Shown piece by piece: positions 53,166 through 64,000 of a DNA stretch of 64,000 bases; position 1 is the stretch's first letter; every line of letters starts with the position of its first letter. A model generated the notes under the pieces. That model worked only from the letters and a program-made list of their open reading frames with translations, was not told the origin of the DNA and did not search any database. The translations under genes were made by a program, and so were the position numbers. The stretch is from Eledone cirrhosa (Eukaryota). The stretch covers positions 378,324,001 through 378,388,000 of the forward strand of contig OZ024743.1 in assembly GCA_964016885.1 (NCBI GenBank), read 5' to 3'.

Positions 53166-53930
53166 CGTTTGTTGTGGATGATCAGAAGGTTGTGTGTCTG
53201 TTTTACGGGGTCACCAGTTGTAACGGAATATTATGTGTGGTTGCAACGACAAGTGGTTGGCTGTAACTGTTGGTATGGTGGTTTCGGTGTAAATAAAAAT
53301 ACCAGGAGTGTTGTTACAAAGTTTATTTTATTACAACAATATTCAATTTGAATATTGAATGATAAAATAATTGACACAAAATATTCATACAATAATTTGG
53401 TGGCTCTTCGAGCCACGTAAATTCAAATATCACAGGATACGATTATAATATGTGTAAACAGAAATGAATGGTGCGTGTACAAATGTTGGACTCACTATGA
53501 ATTGCGTGTGTGCAGCGTATCAGTATATTTACTTATTTGTATTGCAGGAGTCAGCGATCTGCCAGGAAGGTGAGAATAGATGGCAGACTGGTTTTTCGTG
53601 ACGAGAGCCTGTAAAAACGTCTCGTCTTGTCTGTATCCACTTCTTTTCTATTTTTGGCATAAACAATCCCTGTCTTTATAAGAGTTGAAGTTAGAAGGAT
53701 AGATATATCCTCTGAACTTTGGTTAGTCTCCCAAGGGATTAGTTTGCCAAGCGTAAATAAGTCAGAAAGATGGATATATCCTCTGACCTATTTTCTGTCA
53801 GGCGTAAACACCTCTGACCTGTGTTTAGCCTCTCCCAAGGGGTTAGTCTCCTGAGCGTAAACAAGTTACCATGGCTTGTCCCAGAGGCGGGAAAGCTCAG
53901 ATTCGGTTTCGAATCTTCGCCACCGTTATA

Positions 53931-53936
53931 TATATA

Positions 53937-53969
<33 letters not shown>

Positions 53970-54024
53970 ATATATGTATATGTATATATATGTATATGTA
54001 TATATATATCTATGTATATATATG

Positions 54025-54057
<33 letters not shown>

Positions 54058-54126
54058 GTATATATATGTATATATATGTATATGTATATATATGTATATG
54101 TATATATATGTATATATATGTATATG

Positions 54127-54157
<31 letters not shown>

Positions 54158-54214
54158 GTATATATATATATGTATATGTATATATGTATATATATATATG
54201 TATATATATATATG

Positions 54215-54263
<49 letters not shown>

Positions 54264-54438
54264 GTATGTATATATATATATGTATATATATATATGTATA
54301 TATATATATGTATATATATATATGTATATATATATATGTATATATATATATGTATATATATATATGTATATATATATATATGTATATATATATATGTATA
54401 TATATATATGTATATATATATATGTATATATATATATG

Positions 54439-54485
<47 letters not shown>

Positions 54486-54552
54486 GTATATATATATATG
54501 TATATATATATATGTATATATATATGTATATATATATGTATATATATATATG

Positions 54553-54604
<52 letters not shown>

Positions 54605-54682
54605 TGTATATATATGTATATATATGTATATATATATATACATATATATATATATGTATATATATATATGTATATATATATG

Positions 54683-54713
<31 letters not shown>

Positions 54714-54722
54714 GTATATATG

Positions 54723-54800
<78 letters not shown>

Positions 54801-54809
54801 TATGTATAT
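53931..54809. repeat. (TA)nTG array
   Basis: Seen directly in the sequence. Confidence 0.98.
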
Positions 54810-57500
54810 AACGCCTGTACCATGCTTCAAGGAATGCCTCAACAGCATAAAGTGTTTCATCCAAGAGTGTCACCCTGACAACATCTTAATGATGGGGGAC
54901 TTCAACCTCCCCGGAGTTGACTGGTCCACAAACACCCTGCCACCAGGTTCTTCTGCCTCAACCTCTGACAGGGAAGCTGTGGAATCGCTTCTTGACTTCA
55001 TGGATGATTTCTTCCTATCCCAACTAGTGCTCGAACCAACGAGGTGCCACAAAAACGTCCTAGACTTAATTTTCAGCAATCACACTGACAATATCCACAA
55101 TATTGCAGTGGAGAAAACTCTACTCTCTGATCATGACATGGTTCTCTGTGATCTGAGATTCCACCGTCCAATATACAAACCCAATGTCATTTCTCCTGTC
55201 CATCCGTTTGACGCTATGGATTTCCACAATGCAAACTGGGAAGCGATCAGTCATGATCTTGCACATGTCGACTGGTCCTTCACGCACACTCATACACCCA
55301 CTAACATCAAAAAGTCCTGGCAGACATTTGTGGACACTGTTACAAACATATGTGCTAAACACACCCCATTAAGAACTATAAACAAATCTAAGAGCAGAAT
55401 CCCTAGAAATAGAAAAACGCTCATCAGAAAAATTAAGAGAACGAACAAAAAAATCAACAATCTGAAATACTGTCAGCAGCAACACATCAACTTGACTGCC
55501 ATTTCATCACTAGAGATTAAAAAACATAACCTCCAAAACAACATAATGTCCCTCATCAACAATCAGAGAAGAGCTGAAGAGGCCTGGGCCATTGAGAAGA
55601 TCAAACTTAATCCCAAAGTGTTCTTTTCATTTGCAAAAAAACACAAAATCACTGGCTCTACTGTTGGCCCTCTAATTGATGAAAATGGCACTCTTCAAGA
55701 CAATGCTAAAACCATGGGTGAGATACTGCAGAAACAATACTGCTCTGTTTTCAGCAATCCTGATATGGCCGATCTGGGCTGTATCGGCGATGTTACTCCC
55801 CATTACACCTTATCGGACATAACGTTTGGCGCCCCTGATGTCTTGGCGGCAATAAAGGAAATCAAGCATAATTCAGCAGTAGGTCCCGATAGGTTCCCTG
55901 CTTGTGTCTTGAAGGCGTGTCAACACCAACTTGCTTCTCCTCTTGCCAATCTGTGGCGGAACTCACTGGATGCTGGATATGTGCCAGAAAACCTTCTATC
56001 CCAGTCTGTTGTCCCAGTTTTCAAAAAGGGAAACAAATCCCTTGCCGTGAATTACCGTCCAATCTCACTCACCTCTCATATCATTAAGGTATTTGAGCGA
56101 GTGGTGAGATCGCGAATGACCCACTTCCTTGAGAGTAACAATATGCTGAACTCCAACCAGCATGGATTCCGTAATGGAAGGGATTGCCTGACGCAACTAC
56201 TGCATCACTTTGATGACATTTTGAGAGCCTTGGGAGAGGGTTCCAACACTGATGTTATCTACCTTGATTTCAGCAAGGCCTTTGACAGGGTTGATCATAA
56301 CATTCTACTGAGAAAGCTGTCCAATATTGGTGTCACTGGAAAGCTGCTGCAGTGGATCAAGAGCTTCCTGTCAAACAGAACCCAACATGTTGTAGTTGAG
56401 GGAGTCAAATCAAGCCCAGCCAAAGTCAGTAGTGGAGTCCCACAAGGCACTGTGTTGGGCCCACTTCTCTTCATCATCTATATTAATGACATCACTGACA
56501 TCATCAAACACAGCAACATTAAAATTTTCGCTGATGATTCCAAGCTCCAAAAGGTCATCAATGGCGTGGATGACCGGATAAGCCTTCAGTCAGACCTACT
56601 GGCTGTTACCCAATGGGCAGAAAAGAACAACATGTTACTGAACGAAGACAAATTCGAACTGATCCACTTTGGAAAAGAGGATGCTCTGAAACTCCCGTAC
56701 TCCCTTCCCTCCGGGGAAACTCTCGTGGCATCTAACAACATCAGAGACTTGGGAGTAACCGTGGACAGCAACATAAGCTGGACCACGCATATAAGCAGCA
56801 AAGTTGACATGGCCCGCAGAATGTGTTCCTGGATCCTCAGAACCTTCCAGTCGAGAGATTCCCGCACCATTATCCTTCTCTTCTCTACTTTCGCCCGACC
56901 ACACCTTGAATACTGTTGTCCACTGTGGTCTCCCCACACGAAACAAAGTATCATGAAACTTGAAGCTCCTCAAAGGGCAATCACGAAAAAGATAGATGGC
57001 ATGTCAGACCTTGATTACTGGGGTCGATTGGAAAACCTGAAACTTTACTCACTCCAACGTCGCCGTGAGCGTTATATTATCTGCATGATGTGGAAAATGT
57101 TCCATCATCACTGCCCAAATGATGTTGGCATCGCCTTCAAGATACACCCAAGGCTTGGGCCCCGTGCTATCCGTCCCATTCAAAAATCTAAATCGCAACT
57201 CATAACAACAATACGGCACAATTATTTCACCTCAATCGGCCCTGCTCTCTTCAACATCACACCAGGACACGTCAAAACAGAAACTGACCACACAAAATTC
57301 AAGAAGTCTTTGGACAAATTCCTCCAAGTAATCCCGGACAAACCACCCACACCCGGATATGTCTCCGCAAACAGTAATTCTCTTCTCGAATGGGCCATGG
57401 TGCCCAAATCCTGAATTGAAAGACTTCGCCAGGTGGTGCTATTAAGTTAGACATGGCCTGGGCCAATACTGGCCAAAACATTTCAAAGTTATTCAAAGTT
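54810..57500 (+). mobile_element. CR1/L2-group LINE, 5'-truncated, frame open to 57414
   Basis: MGDFNLP, LDLIFSN, LSDH (partial APE); [36 protein letters not shown]; tail (TTCAAAGTTA)2 running into (TA)n. Confidence 0.92.
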
Positions 57501-57794
57501 ATATATATATGTATATATATATATATGTATATATATGTATGTATATATATATATATGTATATGTATATATGTATGTATGTATATGTATATATATATATAT
57601 GTATATATATGTATGTATATATATATATATGTATATGTATATATGTATGTATGTATATGTATATATGTATGTATGTATATGTATATATGTATGTATATAT
57701 ATGTATATGCATATGTATATATGTATGTATATATATATATATGTATATGTATATATATGTATATATGTATGTATATATATATATATGTATATGT

Positions 57795-57828
<34 letters not shown>

Positions 57829-57879
57829 ATGTATATGTATGTATATGTATATATGTATATATATATATAGGCATATAGG

Positions 57880-57939
<60 letters not shown>
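57500..57939. repeat. (TA/TATG)n array
   Basis: Seen directly in the sequence. Confidence 0.98.
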
Positions 57940-59248
57940 CGAGGGGGTATCAAAAAGTTCGCAGAATTTTATCGTAGTAAGAAAAAAATAGATTAAAACA
58001 ATATTAAACATGTCAGAACATTGTCACTGGGTGTTTACCTTGCTATTAGTCACTTGCAGTCAGTTATGTGCGGACTATTGTACAGTACTGACACTCTTTA
58101 AAAAACCTCTTTTTGGAACAATGGAAAATAGTTATTTTGAGATAAGATCGAATATCAAGTTTCTGGTGAAACTCAAATGGAAAGGGACACAGATTATGGA
58201 GGTTTTAGTTAAAGTTTACAGTACTACTGCTCCAAAGAAAACTGCTGTCTACAAGTGGATTCAGCGATTCAAACAAGGGAGAGACGACCTTGAAGACGAC
58301 CATCACAGTGGAAGACTAGGAACATAAAAAAATGACCAAAACCTTGAGGCTGCTCAGACTTTAATTGAAGAAGATCGAAGAATAACAGTAAATCAGTTAG
58401 CTAAATCCTTAGACATTTCATATGGTTCGGCAAATTCAATTCTGCACGATAATTTGGGACTAAGCAAGCTTTCAGCGCGATGGGTCCCAAAAGCGTTGCG
58501 CCCTGATCAGCTGATTCTTCGAAGTGATCTGTCTTTGACGATATTAAACAAAATTGAAGTTGATGAGCATTTCCTGACCAGAATCATCACCGGAGATGAA
58601 ACCTGGATCTACCAGTATGATGCTGAATCCAAACAGCAGTCAAAACAGTGGCTTCCACGTGGATCATCAGGGCCAATCAAGTTCAAATCTCAAAAGTCGG
58701 ATCAAAAAGTGATGGCCACCATTTTCTGGGATTCAGATGGGGTGATACTAACAGATTATCTTGAAGGTCAAAGAACTGTGACAGGAGCTTACTATGCAAA
58801 TGTTTTAAGGAAGCTGAAAGAGGCTTTAGTCAAGAAACGAAAAGGGAAACTTCATGGTGGGATCTTGTTTCACCATGACAATGCACCAGCGCATTCTGCA
58901 TGGGTTGCAAAAGAAGTTCTTCGAGAATTTCGATGGGAAGTGCTTCCTCACCCGCCTTATAGTCCAAATTTAGCCCCATCAGACTTTTTCCTCTTTCCAA
59001 AACTCAAAGAAATGCTGAAAGGAACCCGTTTTAGTGGTGTTGAAGAAGCTAAAAACACTGCCAACACATGGCTTCGAACAAGGCCTTCAACTTTCTTTAG
59101 AGACGGCTTACGAAGCTGGAAGCATCGCCTTCTCAAGTGTATTGACCTGGATGGCAACTATGTAGAAAAATAAATTGATGGTAAATCATATTTTTTGAAA
59201 AATAGAATATTTTCTGAAAAATTCCGCGAACTTTTTGATCCCCCCTCG
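57940..59248 (+). mobile_element. Mariner DNA transposon, irritans/Hsmar2-like, full length
   Basis: TIRs CGAGGGGGTATCAAAAAGTTCGCAGAATTT and AAATTCCGCGAACTTTTTGATCCCCCCTCG; TA on both sides. Confidence 0.96.
58121..59173 (+). pseudogene. Mariner DD34D transposase (350 codons) with a single premature stop
   Basis: WVP, TGDETW, HHDNAPAH, YSPNLAPSDF; in-frame TAA at 58325-58327. Confidence 0.93.
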
Positions 59249-59259
59249 TATATATATAT

Positions 59260-62209
59260 ATCATCATCATCATCGTCATCAACGTTTAACGTCCGTGTTC
59301 CACGCTTGCATGGGTTTGGACGGGGGTTTTCCCACTTGAGGCAAGAGTGATTATCTTGCTCGCATAGGACTATCTGGCGGGTTTTCTACAGCTGGATGCC
59401 CTTCCTAACACCAACCACATTTACAGTGTGGGGCTGGGAGGTTTTTACCGTGTTGCCTACACGGCCACATTACAGCGTGGACTATCTGGCGGATTTTCTA
59501 CAGCTGGATGCCCTTCCTAACACCAACCACATTTACAGTGTGGGGCTGGGAGGTTTTTACCGTGTTGCTTACACGGCCACATTACAGCGTGGACTGTGTG
59601 TTTTTTTGTCATGATACCTACACGATCTCATTTGTTTCGGCCTGGATGTTGTGGCACCAACATAACTTTACATTGAAAGGGGCGGTGTGGATGGGGTGGG
59701 GGTGGTGGGACGGGGGTGTGTTTTGATAGAGATGTCTACTGACTGTAGTAGGTTTTACTTTGTATTTAGGTAAGGCGGGTCTTCTCTATTACTGAGTACC
59801 GCCAAAGGTCTCGGTCCAGTGACATTGTCTTGGAGAGGTGTAAGTGTGTGAGGTCGGAATTTATCAGCTTGTCCCAGGTTTTTCTGGGTCTGCTTATTCC
59901 GTGGCTACCGTCTATCTTTATTGCCCTGCACTTTGTTATACAGCTATCGTTTTTCATGCGCATCACGTGACCATACCAACGTAGCCTTCTCTCGAGTAAA
60001 CAACATCTGATCCCTCTTATTTCTAATTTTTTCCTTAGTTCGTTTATGCTTTGCCGTTCACGTATATTACTATTACACATCCAGCAGAGCATGCAAGCTT
60101 CGTTCCTCTCTAGTCTGCGTATATCCTCTGCACACAATGCCCAGGTCTCACTACCATGCAACATTGCTGTTCGTATGCAGACATCATACAACCTGCCTTT
60201 CATTTTTAGGGAGAACCCTTTAGCGGCTAATAGTGGTATAAGCTCTCTGAACTTTTTCCATCCAGTTCTGACTCTAGCTACTGTACTTTCAGAGCACCTC
60301 GCCCACTGCTGATTTTGTCACCCAGGTAACGGAAGCTGTCCACTATTTCTATAGAACCCTCTGCGCAGTTGAAAGAGCTAGTATTTTGTGGGCACTTGCT
60401 GCTACTTATTGCACCAGAGCACCGGCCACATGTAAAATCTATGTTCTTAGTTAGCTTACCTGTGATCCCACTACATCTTTTATGCACCCATACTTTGCAT
60501 TTAGGACACAAAATGGAGTTTCTACCTACGCCTTTCCTACACACTGAGCATGGCCACATCCCGGAAGGGACCGCCGCCTTATTTTCTTTCTTACAAACTA
60601 GAACTTTAGTCTTAGCCAGGTTAATTTTAAGGCCTTTTGATTCTAGGCCGTGCTTCCATGTTTGGAATTTCTTCTCTAGCTCGGCCATTGATTCAGCTAT
60701 GAGTGTTAGGTCATCTGCGTATAGGAGTTCCCATGGGCAACCGGTCTTGAACTCCTCTGTTATAGCCTGAAGGGCAATAATAAATAGTAGGGGGCTGAGA
60801 ACAGAGCCCTGATGGATGCCAACTTTTACGCTAAACTCTTCACTATATTCGTTGTTAATTCTAACCTTGCTGACTGTTTCTTTATACATGGCTTGTATAG
60901 CTCTCACAAGCCATTCGTCAACACCTAGTTTTCTAAGAGCCCACCAGATAATGGAACGGGGCACTCTGTCGAAGGCTTTCTCCAAGTCGACAAAAGCTAA
61001 GTATAGGGGTTTACTTTTAGCTAGGTACTTCTCCTGTAGTTGTCGTACAATGAAAAGAGCGTCTCTGGTACTTTTGCCTGACACAAACCCGAACTGCATT
61101 TCATCTAGATCAATTCTCTCTCTGATTAGTTGCGTTATTACTTTTTCCGTGACCTTCATGACCTGGTCGATTAATTTAATGCCTCTATAGTTACTCCTAT
61201 CTAGGGCTTCTCCTTTACCCTAATAACAGTTAACGATGATGCTGCTACGCCAGTCCTTCGGAACAACCCCATTCTGTACGACTTGGTTAACTATCCGGGT
61301 GACCATGGTGTGTCCCACCGTACCAGATGCCTTCAGCATCTCGGCAACTATTTCCGAAGGCCCAGCCGCCTTACCTGTCTTCATATCTTTGATTGCCTTA
61401 CTTATTATACTACCCTCGACTAACACTGCTGGTCCCTCTATTGGGTCGATGTGGGGGAGACTGTCTTTCTTCCATTTATTCTCCTCATTTAGTAGCCTTT
61501 CATAGTGACACTTCCAAGCTACCTTCTTATCAGCATCGGTGATGGCAAGTACGCCGCCATCATTAAGTACACACTTCTCCCCGACAATATCACGGTTTTT
61601 CTTGACACATTGCCTAGCAATCCTGAACACCTCACGTTTTTGGTCCTCGCGTTGTAGAACATGCTTGAACTTTCTTTCCTCTGCTTCCCTTCTTGCTAAG
61701 TACACTTCTCTCCTAGCTTCCCTCCTGGCCACTTGATAGTCTACTCTACTTCCCCCATCCCGCCATACTTTCCAAGCCTGCTTTTTGGCCTTAATTGACC
61801 CCTCCACCTTACTGTTCCACCACCATGTTACTCTCCTCCTGCCTACAGGCCTGCTCCAGCCACAGACTTTGTCTGCCGCCATCAGCAGGTTTGCTTTCAG
61901 GAATTCCCACTGCTCCTCTATATTGTACGACTCTAATTGCTCTTCCTTACTGTCGAAAGCATCAAGTAGTATGCTTTTAAATTTATTTCTGGCTGTGGGG
62001 TTCTTTAGCTTCCATATTTTTCTCCTGAGGATAGTCCTCTTCTGTTGTCTAGCACGTCTCGTCCTGACTATTAGGTCGCTAATTATCAGTCTATGTTGGG
62101 AGGTGCATTCTTCATGGGGGAGGGATTTAGTGTTTATAACAGACACTCTGTCACGTCTTCTGGTAAGGATATAATCTAGATGTGTCTTCCCCCGATCTAT
62201 AGGTGATCA
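59260..62209 (-). mobile_element. RTE LINE family A, 5'-truncated and disrupted
   Basis: ORFs 61220-62146, 60278-61159 and 59766-60203; (GAT)n tail; 112-bp tandem duplication in the 3' UTR. Confidence 0.95.
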
Positions 62210-62269
62210 TATACACACACTTATATATATGTTAGAACACCATATCTAGTAAATGTTTTCTGTCACTAG

Positions 62270-62346
62270 GTATGTCATTGTTGGAAGGAAAAGGCTGGAA
62301 TGTTGCTAAAGCAGAATGGAAAGAGAAATTTTTAACAATCTACATG
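62270..62346 (+). CDS. MPV17L2: Mpv17-like protein 2, coding exon 3 (not in the ORF track)
   Basis: Acceptor TGTCACTAG|; (G)MSLLEGKGWNVAKAEWKEKFLTIYM; donor |GTAAGA; phase 1 in and phase 0 out, in frame with exons 2 and 4. Confidence 0.88.
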
Positions 62347-62377
62347 GTAAGATCAATATCTATTTAGTATCTGTGTC

Positions 62378-62950
62378 TGTCTTCTTCTTTGCCCACTTAT
62401 TCCTGAGAGGGTCTTGTGGGCAGAATCTTCAAACACTCCTTCCAGCAGACCCTGTCAGAAGCAACTGTCTCCAACTGATCCAGTTGGATCTCCAAGCATG
62501 ACCAACCGAGCTCATGGATGTTATCCAACCATCTTGCTTGGGGTCTACCCCTGGGTCTCCTGCTGGTTGGTTTTCCCCATAAAATAGTATTAGAGCTGTG
62601 ATCTCTCAATTCGGAGTAGCAGTTCTACCTGGAATGACACTCTGATCTCCAAGCTATGCACTCAATTGAGTAATGTTACTCCAAAGACCCTTCAGAGGAA
62701 CCCCATTTTGGCCTCTTGTATCCATAATCGTATTCTTTCGGTCATTACCCAAGATTCATGACCATAGATAAGGGTTGGCATGAATACCGAATTGAAGCAA
62801 GTTTGGCTTTTACACCTACCTCTGTTCTTCTGATTACTGAATGCTGAAGTTGGTGCATTACTGCACCAGCTCCTGAAATTCTTGCACTTAATTTAGCCTC
62901 CTGCCTTCCATACACTCATGAACACAGCCCCAAGATACTTGAATTGGCTG
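62378..62950 (-). mobile_element. Old RTE (Expander-like) 3' fragment in intron 3
   Basis: RRPRGRPQARWLDNIHELGWSCLEI...LPTRP; (GAA)n-like tail. Confidence 0.7.
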
Positions 62951-63311
62951 TAGCAATTTAATTTTAGTTTTAGGATGGTTAGAAGTTTTGAATTTAATAC
63001 CTGTATGTATAATTTCTCAATTCCAATTACTTGCGCCAAGCTAACTTTGATATATAAAATTGGGGTGGGGGTCTGCTACGTATTCTATTTTTTTGCGTAT
63101 GAGGGGTCCCTCAAGATCTAAATCCAACCATGCCAAGAGTATGCTATGAAATATGTGTTAGACCTAGTAGTTCTATTTTCTGTATGTTGTGTTTATGTAT
63201 AAGTCCTGAGGTATGCTATGTAAAATGTGTATTGGACCTAGTATGGTTTTTTTTCTATATGTTGTGTTTAAGTGTAATTCTACAAATATAAACCATTTTC
63301 CATTGATCTGT

Positions 63312-63497
63312 GTGGATTGGCAGTATTGGTAGAGAGTTGGACGCCATGCTTTCCAGCATAGTTATGTCCTTTTACAGACTGAGTTCAAATCCTGCCGAGG
63401 TTAACTTTGCCTTTCATCCTTACGGGGTCGATAAAATAAAGTACCAGTAATGTACTGGGATAATTACTGGCCTTGTGCCAAATGTAGAAACAATTAT
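63312..63497 (+). mobile_element. tRNA-derived SINE copy
   Basis: Highly similar to 9-195. Confidence 0.88.
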
Positions 63498-63539
63498 ATT
63501 GTAATTTTATGACTATATGCCATTTTCCCTATATTTTAG

Positions 63540-63668
63540 ATGGATTGGTTGATCTGGCCTCCTTCACAGTTCATCAACTTCTATTTCTTACCTCCCAAGT
63601 TCCGTGTTGTCTATGTTTGTTTTATAACTCTGGTTTGGGATGCTCTCTTGTCTTACATAAAACATAAG
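63540..63668 (+). CDS. MPV17L2: Mpv17-like protein 2, coding exon 4
   Basis: Acceptor TTTTAG|; MDWLIWPPSQFINFYFLPPKFRVVYVCFITLVWDALLSYIKHK (Mpv17/PMP22 C-terminal signature); donor |GTAAGA. Confidence 0.92.
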
Positions 63669-63799
63669 GTAAGATACATCTATTCCTTTTGCCTACAGCT
63701 ACTATTATATTTCACATATTGCTATTATATTCTCTGTCTCATATTCACTTACAAATGTTTTTGGTGCATAAATGTGTTGAGTTAGCAATTCAAATTCAA

Positions 63800-63960
63800 T
63801 TTAATTTTCCATGCTTTCTATGCTCACATGGGTTGTCACATACTGAGGCTTGACTGGTTAGGTTACTACATCTTGTATGTATATTCTATTTTTGGCTTGG
63901 GTTCTATGGCTGGATGTCTTTCCTAATGTCAACCACTTTACAGCTTGTAGTGGGAACATG
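63800..63960 (-). mobile_element. Degenerate RTE-tailed SINE fragment
   Basis: Minus strand reads ctgtaaagtggttgacattaggaaagacatccagccatagaa...aacccatgtgagcat. Confidence 0.6.
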
Positions 63961-64000
63961 TTGTCTTGACTTCAACATTATCACCTTACAGGGTGAACTA

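Larger units (their letters stand above)
47405..53930 (-). mobile_element. Gypsy/Ty3 LTR retrotransposon, defective, inserted in (TA)n
   Basis: 712-bp LTRs 47405-48116 and 53219-53930 (about 6 mismatches by eye), tRNA-Trp PBS, PPT next to 48116; gag, protease (LVDTGAE), RT (YIDD), RNase H (TDASD) and integrase (HIDIVGP, TTDRG). Confidence 0.96.

Noticed and set aside
53821-54809. N-terminal part of the 1197-aa ORF
   Set aside because: Chance read-through of LTR end and microsatellite into the truncated LINE frame.
63669-63785. C-terminal extension of the exon 4 ORF
   Set aside because: A strong GTAAGA donor follows HK and the extension is not Mpv17-like, so it is probably intronic.

Overview
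Eukaryotic, AT-rich genomic DNA, most likely from a coleoid cephalopod such as an octopus (inferred from the SINE and RTE repertoire and the large (TA)n arrays). It contains one host gene, an Mpv17/PMP22-family MPV17L2-like gene on the + strand. Four coding exons are visible (11351-11522, 12356-12517, 62270-62346, 63540-63668), and a further exon probably lies beyond the window. Intron 2 is about 49.75 kb and almost entirely transposons: nine copies of three PHD-finger RTE LINE families (one with an intact 1056-aa ORF), a Penelope-like element plus several pLTR remnants carrying hammerhead-ribozyme motifs, a Gypsy with 712-bp LTRs, a CR1/L2-group LINE, an Hsmar2-like mariner and an RTE-derived non-autonomous element. 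Nearly all of these sit in or against (TA)n microsatellites. Upstream of the gene are tRNA-derived SINEs, a cluster of CRE-like 3' fragments and a rearranged Gypsy with a non-autonomous LTR element nested in its 5' LTR. The most notable observations are the intronic hammerheads, RTE families with an apparently SINE-derived 3' UTR and a microsatellite-bearing 5' UTR, the PHD finger in the RTE ORF, and extended tRNA-Trp complementarity at two PBSs. Family assignments come from recalled motifs; no searches were run.
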